A stretch of 64,000 bases of DNA from Phycisphaerae bacterium (GTDB lineage: Bacteria; Planctomycetota; Phycisphaerae; FEN-1346; JAACEH01), in NCBI GenBank assembly GCA_041690105.1, contig JAWLHX010000003.1, forward strand, positions 29,126 to 93,125, read 5' to 3'. Below are positions 47,117 through 57,342 of this stretch, in pieces. How positions within the stretch are numbered: the stretch's first letter is position 1; each line of letters begins with the position of its first letter. The position numbers and the translations under genes are program-made. The notes under the pieces were generated by a model that saw only the letters and a program-made list of their open reading frames with translations, was not told where the DNA came from and ran no database searches.

Positions 47117-48664
47117 ATGAAGGCCATGAGAATAGCGGCTATTGTGGCGATCGTGGGTATTGTGGCGACGCCGGCCTTCTCCCAGTTGCAGCAGCCCGAC
47201 AGGCGTCTGGACCTGAGCACGCAGCCGACGTACGCTCCGTTCGGCCAGATGCCGCAGGATTATCGCGACTCGCCCAGCCTCTATTCCAGCGGCAATGTGC
47301 GTTACGGGCGAGCCTTTACGGGCAACCGCAATTTTCTTGAAGACCGTTACTTCAGTTCGCCCATCACCCGTTTCCAGCGCGACAGTTTTGGTTCGTACGA
47401 CGTTTATGGCGGCGGCAGGCAGTTTGGTGCGGCCCAGCCGTATTACGCTCCGGGCAGCCTTGTTTCGCGGGGCGACCTTGGCCGTGGAGCTACGGAGGTT
47501 GGCAGGCGGCCAGATCCATTCGGCATCGCGGCATCGCCTCCGCCGTCGTTTGCCGGTCCGGTCGATCCGGAACTGGACCGTCGGGTGATCGTGCCTGGTT
47601 CGGGGCCCCGGGCTTACACCCTTGAGCCATCCGCCGACAATGAGGATGCCTACGGCTTTGCTCCGCGGACGGAAGTGCCTTGGATGAACCAGGAGGGCAT
47701 GAGAAATCTGCAGGCAGCCATTGCGGCCCAGGAAGCTGTCAGTGATATGTTCGGACGCGGGCCCTTCGGCACGCCTCTGCCGCTGCAATGGCAGATGGAT
47801 CCGACTGCCGGCAGCGTTGAGGGCGAATTGCCGAACCCGTGGATTCTTCTGCCGGAGGAGGTTCGCCAGGGTTTGACGCCGGAGGAGGTCGAGCCGCCGC
47901 AGAATGGCGATCCGATGGCCGGCATCCGCCAGCGGTATTGGGAGGATCAGGAGCAGTTGGAGGCGGATTCGCTTCCGCCGTGGATGACTCCGGGCGAAGG
48001 GCGTTCGATGGAGGACCGTCTGCGCGAGGGCGAGGCTGAGCGTGACTCGTTTGGCGAGACCAATGGCGAAGAGCGTTCGGCTCTGACGCCTGACGAGATG
48101 TTGCCGCAGGGCGGCCCGCTGCACCCGGCCAATTTCGGCCAGAGGGCGATCAGGGTCGGGCGGATCAATCTGCAGGTTGGGCTTTATCGGCAGGCCATTG
48201 AGCAATTCGAGCGTGCGGCCACCTTCGACCGGAGCCTGCGCGAGGAGGCCAACAGGTTGGAAGGCCATGCCCACCTGCTGATCAGGGGCAACCGGATGGC
48301 GGCCCTGCTGATAAGCGACAGCATTGAGAATAGTCCGGAGCTTTACGGGCGCGATTATCGCCTGACCACTATTGTGGAAAACCAGGAGTTGTGGCAGCAG
48401 GCGGTCGAGCGAATTGGCCGGCAGGCCGACGATATGCCGCGGGCTACCATGTACCAGTTTCTGCACGGGTACCTGCTTTATGGGCTGGGGCGGCACGGGG
48501 AGGCCGAGCCCTACCTGAAGGCGGCAGCAGTGGAAGGCAGCCAATATGCCGAGGCAGCCCGAGCGCTGCTGAAGCAGGGTGAAGCGCAGGAGCAGGGTCA
48601 GGAACAGGCGCCGGAGCAAGGTCAGGAGCAGTCGCAGGATGCGGCCGAACCGGTGACGGAATAG
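47117..48664 (+). CDS. Secreted protein with long Pro/Gly-rich disordered region, C-terminal helical (TPR-like) domain and a QEQG low-complexity tail
   Basis: Likely start at internal ATG ~47117 (MKAMRIAAIVAIVGIVATPAFSQ signal peptide); the track ORF begins at 47051 in the same frame. The antisense 576-aa ORF is a shadow. Confidence 0.55.
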   Translation: MKAMRIAAIVAIVGIVATPAFSQLQQPDRRLDLSTQPTYAPFGQMPQDYRDSPSLYSSGNVRYGRAFTGNRNFLEDRYFSSPITRFQRDSFGSYDVYGGGRQFGAAQPYYAPGSLVSRGDLGRGATEVGRRPDPFGIAASPPPSFAGPVDPELDRRVIVPGSGPRAYTLEPSADNEDAYGFAPRTEVPWMNQEGMRNLQAAIAAQEAVSDMFGRGPFGTPLPLQWQMDPTAGSVEGELPNPWILLPEEVRQGLTPEEVEPPQNGDPMAGIRQRYWEDQEQLEADSLPPWMTPGEGRSMEDRLREGEAERDSFGETNGEERSALTPDEMLPQGGPLHPANFGQRAIRVGRINLQVGLYRQAIEQFERAATFDRSLREEANRLEGHAHLLIRGNRMAALLISDSIENSPELYGRDYRLTTIVENQELWQQAVERIGRQADDMPRATMYQFLHGYLLYGLGRHGEAEPYLKAAAVEGSQYAEAARALLKQGEAQEQGQEQAPEQGQEQSQDAAEPVTE

Positions 48665-48686
48665 TCTGAAGTTCAGAATTTTGCAC

Positions 48687-48715
48687 AAGGGCGGGCCATG
48701 CAGGCTCGCCCTTTT
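48687..48715 (+). terminator. Candidate intrinsic terminator between convergent genes
   Basis: AAGGGCG-GGCCATGCAGGCT-CGCCCTT followed by TTTCG, 23 nt after the 47117..48664 stop. Confidence 0.5.
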
Positions 48716-48908
48716 CGCATGGACTCGGGACCAGTGTGTGAAGCGTTCCACACCGAGAAGCCGCCTCTTGCCTCTTCACACTTTGGCGCCTGCTTCGCCA
48801 TTCGACAGGCTCATGACAGGCAGTCGCTCCAAAGTGTGGCACCCAAATTGCGACTCGATGGTGACACCCAAGCTGCGCCTCGATTTTGACCCACTCACCA
48901 GCGGGCGA

Positions 48909-51026
48909 CTATCGTTGCAGTAGCAGGATTGCTGTTGCCACCGCTGCGCCGAGGAGCAGGGCCAGCAGTATCCAGCGTCCGAGGCGATGCGTGCCCAGCG
49001 ATCCCGGCGGGTATTTTGGACGCCTGGTGAAGTAAAGTCGCTGGGTGCGGCTGAGTCGCATGCGGGCATTGATGGCCCAACCCGACCCTTCGAGTATGGC
49101 GCTGAGGTCGCGTCGTCGCAACTTGACGAGGGCCACGATGCTGGTTGGCAGCATGACGGCCAGGATGGCTCCGCCGAGTCCCGCCAGTATGATCCACCAG
49201 TTAAGGCCGGCCAGGGTACGGGTGATGAAGGCGGTGGCCGAGCCGAGGGCTGCCACGGCAATTCCGCCGCCCATCAGGAGATTTCCTGAGATTGCTGCCC
49301 GCTGTGCCTGGGGCGGGGCGGGTTCGGCTGCCGCGGCCTGCTGCGGGGCGGTTCCTTCCACCTGGGCAAAGGCCGTAGTGCCGGCGACGTCGAGCTTTTT
49401 TTCGGCCTCGGTGGTCATGGATTCGATTTTGCCGGTCAGCAGGCGGCCCAGTCTCTGGAATGGGGCCCAGATGGCCTCGGCCAGGCTGATCGGGTTTTCG
49501 ATGATCTGCAGTGTGCGGGCATCGAACTCGCGTCCAGTAATGTCGAGGAAAATGCCGCGCTTGCCTACGGCCAGGTTGCCCTTGTCGCCGCTTGTTACGG
49601 GAATGGCCACTTCGTACGGCGGATTTGCCGCCACCTCCAGATACATGACATACATGTTGCTGGTTTTGGAGAGCTCGATGTGCTGCGGGCGACTGTCGAC
49701 GCGGACAGCGAAGTTGAATCGTCGGCCATCCATGATCAGCGTGCCCATTTCGAACATAGCCCGGCTGGCTGGCTGATAAAGGTGCGGGAAGCTGACGAAG
49801 TTGTTGGCCAGGTCAATCATGTGAGCCTGGTAAAGGATCAGCTTTTCGGTCAGTCTGATGGTATCGAGGGCGAAGGCGGTGGCGGCACTTTCGGCCAGCA
49901 GGCTTTCGGCGGCTTCGGCATATTCCGGGCGGAGGAACATTCTCAGGGCATCGCGGCCCAGGGGCTCGACGGCGGGGCCTGCCTTGCTTTCCAGCCAAGC
50001 TTCGTGCGGGGCCAGTGCCGCGGCAATTCGCCTATAGTCGTCTTCCGACAGTTGGCTGACGTTTCGCTCCAGTATGGGCTCGGCGACCTTGGTGCGGAAT
50101 TCCTCCAGCCGCTGCCTGTACCACGGATTAAGAGGGGCGGCAAGGTCGAGTATGCCATCGGTTCGCAGGTCGGTCAGCGGGCTGCGCTTTAAGAGGTCGG
50201 CAATGGCCTCGGAATTCTCGAAGTCGGTCTGCTCAAGCTGGGCCGCAGGGGGCTTTACCTGGGCGGTTACCCGCGGATCGAAAGCGGCGGCCCGGCTCTG
50301 GGCGTAATATTTTTCCAGCTGATCTCGGATGGCCATCCAGGCGGCCATTGCCGCGGGGGTCTGCTCGGCCAGAGGCATTATTGCGGTGGGCGTCTCGGGT
50401 GCGGGCAAATCGGCCTTGGCTGCCCAGTCAAGGTAGCTCCTGGCTTCCTGCAGAAACCCGGTGATGTGCTGTCGCGTCACGCCCTGTTTTCCGCCCGGAT
50501 GCGCAGTCCCGCCAACGGTATCGAGCACGGCCTTCAGGAACTGTCGGACTTTTTCATCATCGGCGGCCTCGGGCAGGGCAATGCCTCCCTCGCTGACCGG
50601 CGTCTGGGTCACCTGCTGCTTTATCTGCCGCACCTCGTCCAGGGAGACGGTCTGCTCGTCCGGACGTCCGGCCCGGATGAGTATCCGCCTGACGGCCTCG
50701 AGAATGGTGCGACCGTCGGGGTGCGAGGTGTTGATGTCGGCAATGGTCAGGGTGAGCTTTTTATCGGTTACAGGCTGATGATTCTGCAGAAGTTGCAGGA
50801 GCCAGCTGATGGCGGTCCGCATGTCGTCGCAGGTTATGCGGCCATCGCTATCGATGTCGATGAGCGAAAGGAGCGTGGCATCGGCCCCCAGCATATTGAG
50901 CGGAGCGCTGGTGGCGACCCAAAGGGCCTTGTCGAGCTGCAGTATGTGCTGCAATTCATCGGCCGATTTGATGCTGAGGTGCAGAGAGCGTCCGAATCGT
51001 CGGAATCGCATGTGTCGTTGCGGCAT
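48909..51026 (-). CDS. Uncharacterised 705-aa protein with an N-terminal EF-hand Ca2+-binding loop and C-terminal membrane anchor (2-3 TM helices)
   Basis: DIDSDGRITCDD fits the canonical 12-residue EF-hand loop; C-terminal hydrophobic segments (GNLLMGGGIAVAALGSATAFI..., WWIILAGLGGAILAVMLPTSIVALV, WILLALLLGAAVATAILLL). Confidence 0.55.
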   Translation of the reverse strand: MPQRHMRFRRFGRSLHLSIKSADELQHILQLDKALWVATSAPLNMLGADATLLSLIDIDSDGRITCDDMRTAISWLLQLLQNHQPVTDKKLTLTIADINTSHPDGRTILEAVRRILIRAGRPDEQTVSLDEVRQIKQQVTQTPVSEGGIALPEAADDEKVRQFLKAVLDTVGGTAHPGGKQGVTRQHITGFLQEARSYLDWAAKADLPAPETPTAIMPLAEQTPAAMAAWMAIRDQLEKYYAQSRAAAFDPRVTAQVKPPAAQLEQTDFENSEAIADLLKRSPLTDLRTDGILDLAAPLNPWYRQRLEEFRTKVAEPILERNVSQLSEDDYRRIAAALAPHEAWLESKAGPAVEPLGRDALRMFLRPEYAEAAESLLAESAATAFALDTIRLTEKLILYQAHMIDLANNFVSFPHLYQPASRAMFEMGTLIMDGRRFNFAVRVDSRPQHIELSKTSNMYVMYLEVAANPPYEVAIPVTSGDKGNLAVGKRGIFLDITGREFDARTLQIIENPISLAEAIWAPFQRLGRLLTGKIESMTTEAEKKLDVAGTTAFAQVEGTAPQQAAAAEPAPPQAQRAAISGNLLMGGGIAVAALGSATAFITRTLAGLNWWIILAGLGGAILAVMLPTSIVALVKLRRRDLSAILEGSGWAINARMRLSRTQRLYFTRRPKYPPGSLGTHRLGRWILLALLLGAAVATAILLLQR

Positions 51027-51186
51027 GATGTGTTGGCCTCATCGAGCTCCGGGCACGCGGCCGGCCCGCACGGGCATCTGGGCTTGTGCGGGTGCAAGCT
51101 TAAGTGCACAGTTGGCCGCTTGTCAAGGCAGCAGTGCGAAAGTGGTGCGAAGAGTTGCGGCCGGAAAGGCTGTCGGCAGCAACGTC

Positions 51187-52575
51187 TTACAGGCATTCCG
51201 GCAGGTTAATGCTGTCGGAGCCGGGCTGCAGGATGCTTCGCAGTTGGTAGAATCGCTGCTCCAGGCGATGGCGATCGTAAGGTTCGGCAAGGGCGGCGCC
51301 GACCCGTTGGGTCATCAGTCCTTGGTGCCAGAGGACCTCTTTTCGGTCGGGCAGGGTGGTGCGACGGGCGATGCGTATAAGGTTTTCCATGATGCGCACC
51401 AGAGTTGCCGGTGAACGGGTAGCGTTGTGGCGGATCTGGTCAAAAGATATGTCGCAGAGACCGCGGAAGTCAGTCCGCCTCATTATTACTCGGAGCCGCC
51501 CCTGCTGGTCGCGCAGTCCGGACGGAGGCATGTGGCGTTGAGCAATTCGCAGCATGGCGTCGCCGATGTAGTCGAGAGCATTGCCGGCCGTAAAGGGATC
51601 GTTAATGCTGGGCGAGAGAGCCCGCAAGGCCACTTCGACCAGTTCCTGGATGACGAAGTCAAGATCCTGCGTGGCGCTTCGCTGGGCCCCGATGTAAAGG
51701 CTGTCATGCAGCTTGCGGGTCAGCTCGTCGCTTAGCTGTTGGGCCGGCAGCAGCCTGATGAGCGGCTCGTCCTGGACGACAAAGTCGCCGGGTTGGCATA
51801 CCAGGCGTATCTGCAGATCGTGTTTGACGGCCAGCGACATCAGGATCTTGAGGTCGACGGCCTGCAGATATCCGGTATCGGGTGCGCTTACACTTGCGGC
51901 CTCGCTCCATGGCGGTTCGGTAATAGGTACCTCAGTCTCTGGGGCACTGTCGGGACGGGAATTAGCCGGGCCGTCGCTCCTGTGTTCGTCCAGGCAGTCG
52001 GGCAGCACACGGTCGATGGTCTGGCGCAATTCTTTGGAAACGACCATCAGCACATGCGGGGCCTGGATGCTCTTGGCCAGGTGGTGCATGAAGTAGATGA
52101 GCATAGCCAGGCTGATCAGGCCGAGCAGCAGGGCGACCATGGTAGTCAGCTGAGGCAACCTTTTGGGGTCCGAAGTAATAACGCGCTCCATAGCCAGCAA
52201 CAGAACCTGGAAGTAGATGAAGGTGGCGACGAAAACGCCGAGAACCAATTGGTTGACCTTGTCGCGCATAAAGTTGCGCAGCAGTCGCGGGCCGAGCTGA
52301 CTTGCGGCCAGGGTCAGGGCCACGATTGTTATGGAAAACACCACGCCCAGGACAGTGATGATTGAAGCGGCCATGGATGAGAAGAGAGCCCTGGAGCTGT
52401 CGATGTCGGTAATTGACATCCACTGGTTGACCCACTCAGGCCAGGCCAGTTTCAGGTATTCATCGATGTATAGTAAAGCGAACGCCAACAGTAGGGCGGC
52501 CGCGGCCATGGCTGCCGGCACAAACCAGAAACTGGTGGTTAGCCTGTCGGCCAGTTGCTGTAGCCAGGTTTTCAT
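51187..52575 (-). CDS. DUF2254-family membrane protein
   Basis: N-terminal 4-5 TM helices followed by a ~250-aa soluble domain; overall layout and size (462 aa) match DUF2254. Confidence 0.5.
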   Translation of the reverse strand: MKTWLQQLADRLTTSFWFVPAAMAAAALLLAFALLYIDEYLKLAWPEWVNQWMSITDIDSSRALFSSMAASIITVLGVVFSITIVALTLAASQLGPRLLRNFMRDKVNQLVLGVFVATFIYFQVLLLAMERVITSDPKRLPQLTTMVALLLGLISLAMLIYFMHHLAKSIQAPHVLMVVSKELRQTIDRVLPDCLDEHRSDGPANSRPDSAPETEVPITEPPWSEAASVSAPDTGYLQAVDLKILMSLAVKHDLQIRLVCQPGDFVVQDEPLIRLLPAQQLSDELTRKLHDSLYIGAQRSATQDLDFVIQELVEVALRALSPSINDPFTAGNALDYIGDAMLRIAQRHMPPSGLRDQQGRLRVIMRRTDFRGLCDISFDQIRHNATRSPATLVRIMENLIRIARRTTLPDRKEVLWHQGLMTQRVGAALAEPYDRHRLEQRFYQLRSILQPGSDSINLPECL

Positions 52576-53054
52576 GGCTGGTGCTAACCTTTCCTTTAAG
52601 CAAAAACCGGTCGAACAACTGAACTATGGCACGAGCTGCGTCTGTTGTCCAGACCTACGATGGCCCAAGTGCCTTGCTTCAGCTTGCTGATGATGGGAGC
52701 CGGGCGCTGTGGTCCGGAAAAATCCCGTAGGGGAAATCATCCAAAGCCCTAGGCCACGTTGCGGAAGAAGCCTGTAGTGGCGAAAATGCAGGCGTACGAG
52801 GCTGGTGTTAGACTCGGAGTGCGGAGGCATGAAGGACAGTGAAGCAGTACCACCCTTGAGTTGCAGCAAAATCCGGATGCCATAGGCTGAACTGCGGGTC
52901 GGCCTGTTTGAGAGGTCGGGCCCCACATGAGACAGCGGTCGTGCAGTCGCCCAGTCGAGCGAGTGCTGACCGGCGGCAGCCGGAGTCACAAAGTGCTGTC
53001 GGCATCGTGGATGAAGGCAGGAGGCCAGGACGGTGGTGTTGAAGGGGGGGACGT

Positions 53055-53714
53055 ATGCCGGAGCCTGTAACCATTATCGGGTTTGGAGCTGGTGTGCTGG
53101 GTGTGGCCACTCATTTGGCCAGGCGCTACTTTGATTCGGCGAAGGAGGTGTTCGACATCATACTTGGTTGCATGCTTTTTGTGGCCATATTGCCGCTCAT
53201 GCTGCTGTGTGCGTTGCTGATCAAAATCAGCGACCGCCATGGTCCGGTGATTTTCTCACAGGTCAGGACGGGACGCAACGGCAAGCCGTTCACGATGTAC
53301 AAGCTTCGCTCGATGTACCGTAATGCGGAGTCGGCCAGCGGGGCCGTGTGGGCTGAGCGTGACGATCCGCGGATCATGCGTCTGTGCCGCTGGATGCGTT
53401 GGAGCCACGTTGACGAGTTTCCGCAGCTGATCAACGTGATCAAAGGCGATATGTCGATTGTCGGGCCACGACCCGAGCGTCCGGAAATCATGGCCGAGCT
53501 GGAGAAGGTATATCCGGAGGTTCGCAAGCGTCTGGCGGTTCGGCCCGGCATTACTGGCCTGGCCCAGGTGCGTAACGGGTACGACACAAGCGTTGAGGCT
53601 TTTCGTCACAAGCTGCTGAGCGATCTGGAGTACATTGAGACGCGTCGCTGGAGCAGCGAATTAAGGATCCTGGCCGCCACGGCGACCAAGCTGGTCGACC
53701 GAACGGCCCATTGA
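53055..53714 (+). CDS. Bacterial sugar transferase (polyprenyl-phosphate glycosyl-1-phosphate transferase, WbaP/EpsB-like C-terminal domain)
   Basis: GPVIFSQVRTGRNGKPFTMYKLRSM...DEFPQLINVIKGDMSIVGPRPERPE is the PF02397 signature; first gene of the PEP-CTERM-associated EPS locus. Confidence 0.85.
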   Translation: MPEPVTIIGFGAGVLGVATHLARRYFDSAKEVFDIILGCMLFVAILPLMLLCALLIKISDRHGPVIFSQVRTGRNGKPFTMYKLRSMYRNAESASGAVWAERDDPRIMRLCRWMRWSHVDEFPQLINVIKGDMSIVGPRPERPEIMAELEKVYPEVRKRLAVRPGITGLAQVRNGYDTSVEAFRHKLLSDLEYIETRRWSSELRILAATATKLVDRTAH

Positions 53715-53901
53715 AGGGCGGATTATCAGGCTGTCGTGCTGGTGTTTCGGAGACGCTGCACGACGGCAGTCGAGACAAGTTGAGCTGTCATGGGGGCTGC
53801 CAACGGCTTCCGGGTTTTGCGGCAGTGTTCAGCATCGGGATAGTTGGCCGGAGGCGATGGTATCGCTGCCGGAAAGAGGGACCTGAGGGGGAGGATTTAA
53901 T

Positions 53902-54600
53902 ATGAAGTATGCAACTGGGGCCGTCGGAATCGTGTTGTTGCTGCTGGTAGCAACTGGCAGCGCTTCCGGGGCTTTGACCGACTGGGGCAGCGGTCAGGTC
54001 AGAATGGTAACTGACGCCGATGAAGGGTTCATGCCGGGGCGTGAGATTTTACAGGCCTGGCACAAATACGATGCCGGCACGCACTATTTCCGGATTGACC
54101 TGGAGACGGCGCCCATGGGGCCGCCGCATTTGCCGCCGAGCTTTGCCGGCATTTATGGCTTTGCCATCAATACGGACCTTGCCAGCGGGGCCGACGGCTT
54201 TCATCCGTACCTGGCTTATGCCCCGAACGTGCAGAACATCGATTATCTGATCGATGCCCACTATGAATCGTTTTCGCCGTACCCGAATCCGGCCCAGTTG
54301 CTGTACAGCCATTATCACGACTGGGAGGATACGGCGTTTGCGGTCGAGCCGCTGGACAGCGTTGGCGGGCAGTTCCAGCGCAGCGGACCGAGCACGCTGG
54401 AGTGGTCCATTGCGGATGATCTGATCGGCAGCCCGGGAGCCACGAGGTTCAGCTGGTGCGCCTACAGTCTGGATGCCGGCAGCGAGACGGCCAAGTATGA
54501 CCTGGCCTGCTCGTTCATACCGGAACCTCTGACAATGCTGGCTTTCGGTATGGGGCTGGCTGGCGTGGGCGGTTATGTGCGCCGCAGGATTAAAGGCTGA
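53902..54600 (+). CDS. PEP-CTERM-anchored secreted protein, paralog A (uncharacterised ~200-aa domain)
   Basis: Signal peptide (VGIVLLLLVATGSASGA); C-terminal IPEPLTMLAFGMGLAGVGGYVRRRIKG PEP-CTERM sorting signal; ~55% identical to paralog B. Confidence 0.75.
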   Translation: MKYATGAVGIVLLLLVATGSASGALTDWGSGQVRMVTDADEGFMPGREILQAWHKYDAGTHYFRIDLETAPMGPPHLPPSFAGIYGFAINTDLASGADGFHPYLAYAPNVQNIDYLIDAHYESFSPYPNPAQLLYSHYHDWEDTAFAVEPLDSVGGQFQRSGPSTLEWSIADDLIGSPGATRFSWCAYSLDAGSETAKYDLACSFIPEPLTMLAFGMGLAGVGGYVRRRIKG

Positions 54601-55380
54601 AGATGAGAGTTTTGTGAAGAGGTTGAAACTTGCCGACCCGGCCGCGGGAGCAGTGTCCCGGGGGTCGGCAAGAGCTTGGAGTGGTGCAGGCTGTAACGTG
54701 CTGCGAGTGCTGTACATCAGAATGCGGCATTGAAGCGTAGGACTATGGGGATAGTTGCTGCAAGCGCTTTGAATGCCTGTCGTACGAGGGAAAACCGAGG
54801 GGGACTGCGGCCGGCGTTTCTGGTTGCTGCCTGGCGACTTGTGCCATTGTGGTGCGGGTTGCGGCAGTGCCGAAAGCCGTCGGTCGCGGGCGACGGAAGA
54901 ATCTTCGCCTGCTGTCATCTGGGGCGGAGGCCGATCGGAACGGAGCGATCGGTTTGGCGTGTCCGTCGTCGGGTGCGACTGCGGAAAAGGATTTTGCGCA
55001 GTTCACCGTCTTGCTGAGTGCGGGTGACTGATTCTGCTGAAGTTACTGGCAGGGTTGGCGCCGCCGGCATGGCCGCAGAGCGGCCGGAATGGTTCCTTCG
55101 TACGAAAGGCGTTGACATGAGCGTGATGTTCGGCAGGAAACTTACCAGCATTACAGTTGCCCGCCATCGCGAGTACCCTCTGTGGGTATGGCCACGCCGC
55201 GTACGAGTGTGTGAACCTGACCAGCCAATCGAAGCCGAAGCATCAGTTGGACAGACGGCCTGTGTTTGTGGAGGGTCTGCCTGCTGGAAAACTCTGCGCA
55301 GAACATCGGCCGGGGATAAACTCACTTGCGGTCACGACGGGCGTGGCCAGAAGAAACAACTCGTTAAGGGGGACACTGTA

Positions 55381-56079
55381 ATGAACAAACTGCGTGTACT
55401 GACAACTTTGATTGTGCTGTTGCTGATGTGTAGCCCATCGTGGGCGGCGTTGACAGATTGGGGCGTTGGAGCTGTTGAGCATGTTGCCGATCCGGATGAG
55501 GGCTTCATGGCCGGCCGCGAAATTCTTAATGCGTGGCACAAGTACGACGTGGAGAGCCAGATGCATTTCTTCAAGATGGAGCTGAAGGCTGCTCCGATGG
55601 GGCCTGTCCATCTGGAGCCGAGCTTCGCCGGCATCTACGGATTTGCCCTGAATACCGACCTTGGCACGGGTATTGACGGCTTTACGCCGGGCTTGACCTA
55701 TGCTCCGAATGTGCCTTCGATTGACTATTTGATTGACGCGCATTACGAGTACGCGGGCATTCTGGCTGCTCCGCCTGCCTTCCAGGTTGCCCATTATCAT
55801 GAATGGGACGAGCCGCTTTTTGTTACCGAGAATCTGCTCTCGATTGGCGGCGACTATGCACGCACCGGCAAAGTTCTGGAATGGGCCGTGCCAGACAGCC
55901 TGATCGGCAACCCCGGTTCCGAGCGGTTCTCCTGGTGCGCCTACACGCTTGACGGCGGCAGCGAGACGGCCAAGTATGACGTGGCCTGCTCGGTTATTCC
56001 GGAGCCGCTGACCATGGCTGGTCTTGGTCTGGGGCTGGCCGGCGTAGCGGGCTACCTGCGTCGTCGCAAAGCGGCCTGA
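55381..56079 (+). CDS. PEP-CTERM-anchored secreted protein, paralog B
   Basis: Start at ATG 55381 (MNKLRVLTTLIVLLLMCSPSWAALTDWG; AGGGGGA RBS); the track ORF begins at 55018 in the same frame. C-terminal IPEPLTMAGLGLGLAGVAGYLRRRKAA. Shared blocks with A: ALTDWG, EGFMxGREILxAWHKYD, PSFAGIYGFAxNTDL, IDYLIDAHYE, RFSWCAYxLDxGSETAKYD. Confidence 0.75.
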   Translation: MNKLRVLTTLIVLLLMCSPSWAALTDWGVGAVEHVADPDEGFMAGREILNAWHKYDVESQMHFFKMELKAAPMGPVHLEPSFAGIYGFALNTDLGTGIDGFTPGLTYAPNVPSIDYLIDAHYEYAGILAAPPAFQVAHYHEWDEPLFVTENLLSIGGDYARTGKVLEWAVPDSLIGNPGSERFSWCAYTLDGGSETAKYDVACSVIPEPLTMAGLGLGLAGVAGYLRRRKAA

Positions 56080-56372
56080 TGTTTCGGTCTGCTGCTGTTG
56101 CGTCTCGCGCCCGAAAGGGGGCGCGGGGCGCAGAGGTCCGTGCATGTAACGAACTGTGACTACAGAAGGCTGGGACGGGCGTCTCCTTATACGGGTCAGG
56201 GGGGCGTCCGTCTGGCACACCTCTGGCTCCGGCGGCCATGCGAGCCCTGAAGTATTGTTGATCACTCTGGCATTATTTACAGACCGCCGGAAAATTTTTC
56301 AATGGTCGGGCGCGCTTGTACGCAGATCGTGTTAGAGTAAAGCGACGCCAGTAGTACGGTTTCTGACATCCC

Positions 56373-57302
56373 ATGGACCCGCTGTTCAGCCTGTCATTTG
56401 CAAGGGGGGGAACCCAAATGAACGAGAGGCCTTATTTACTCCGTGCGCTATCTGTGGTGACAGCAGTCATGTTGCTGGGCGGGTTGCTCGGCGGTTGCGA
56501 AGCGCCTGAGCGAGATTCGGAGATGCTGGCTCGCTTCATGCAGACGCCACGTTCGCCGATTTCGGGTGTCAACTACAAGGTTTTGCCGCCCGATGTGCTA
56601 TCGGTGCAATCGCGCTTTGTTCCCGAAATACACGACGTGGTCCAGCAGGTGCGGCCAGATGGTATGGTCAATCTGCCGCTGGTGGGCGAAATATATGTTG
56701 CCGGCCTGACGCCACGAGAGATCGAGCAGCAGATCATCAAAGCGGCCGGCCGCTACTACGAAGACGCCGACGCCACCATCAGCGTGGCCCAATACAACTC
56801 GCAGCGAATTTACGTGTTTGGTCAGGTCTCGGCACCAGGTCCGCAGCAATGGACCGGCACGAATACCCTGCTGGATGTACTGGCACGCAGTCAGCCGACC
56901 AACCTGGCCTGGCCCGAGCGTATACGGCTGGTGCGTGGGCAATCGCCAAAGCGCGGTGGTTATCTGACGGCTGAGGACCAGGAGCAACTGGCCAGGGTTG
57001 TCAACGATGGCCTTGTGCCTGTCGAGGCAGTTCCGGCCGATGAGGGGTCGCGCAGCGACGTAGCCACCAACGGCTGGGTCGAAGAGCCCATGGTCATGGA
57101 AATCAACCTCAAGAAGATGGTTGAGACTGGCGACCTTTCGCAGAACGTTTTGCTGCAACCAGACGACGTGGTTTACGTGCCGGCCAATCCTCTGGCCGCG
57201 GTTGGTCTGACAATTCAGCAACTGCTGTTCCCGATACGCCCGGCGGTGGAGACGATACGTACGCCGGCCACCATCAGCGGCAGTACGGATTTGATTCCCT
57301 GA
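56373..57302 (+). CDS. Polysaccharide export protein (Wza/EpsA-like, Poly_export + SLBB domains)
   Basis: VRPDGMVNLPLVGEIYVAGLTPREIEQQI matches the Poly_export PF02563 core; lipoprotein-like LLGGC (start may be internal ATG ~56418). Confidence 0.8.
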   Translation: MDPLFSLSFARGGTQMNERPYLLRALSVVTAVMLLGGLLGGCEAPERDSEMLARFMQTPRSPISGVNYKVLPPDVLSVQSRFVPEIHDVVQQVRPDGMVNLPLVGEIYVAGLTPREIEQQIIKAAGRYYEDADATISVAQYNSQRIYVFGQVSAPGPQQWTGTNTLLDVLARSQPTNLAWPERIRLVRGQSPKRGGYLTAEDQEQLARVVNDGLVPVEAVPADEGSRSDVATNGWVEEPMVMEINLKKMVETGDLSQNVLLQPDDVVYVPANPLAAVGLTIQQLLFPIRPAVETIRTPATISGSTDLIP

Positions 57303-57342
57303 TCATCAGAGAGCTCGAAGATAACCAGAGGAGTGAAGGCTC

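Noticed and set aside
47021-48751. 576-aa minus-strand ORF
   Set aside because: Antisense to the secreted 47117..48664 gene; extends across the putative terminator; R/L/P-rich.
53715-53901. Sigma-54 promoter upstream of PEP-CTERM paralog A (TGGTATCGCTGCC)
   Set aside because: GG-to-GC spacing is 8 nt instead of the required 10; it does not fit the -24/-12 consensus.
54049-56265. Minus-strand ORFs 54049..54918 and 55243..56265
   Set aside because: Antisense to the two PEP-CTERM paralog genes, whose signal peptides and PEP-CTERM tails define the plus strand as coding.
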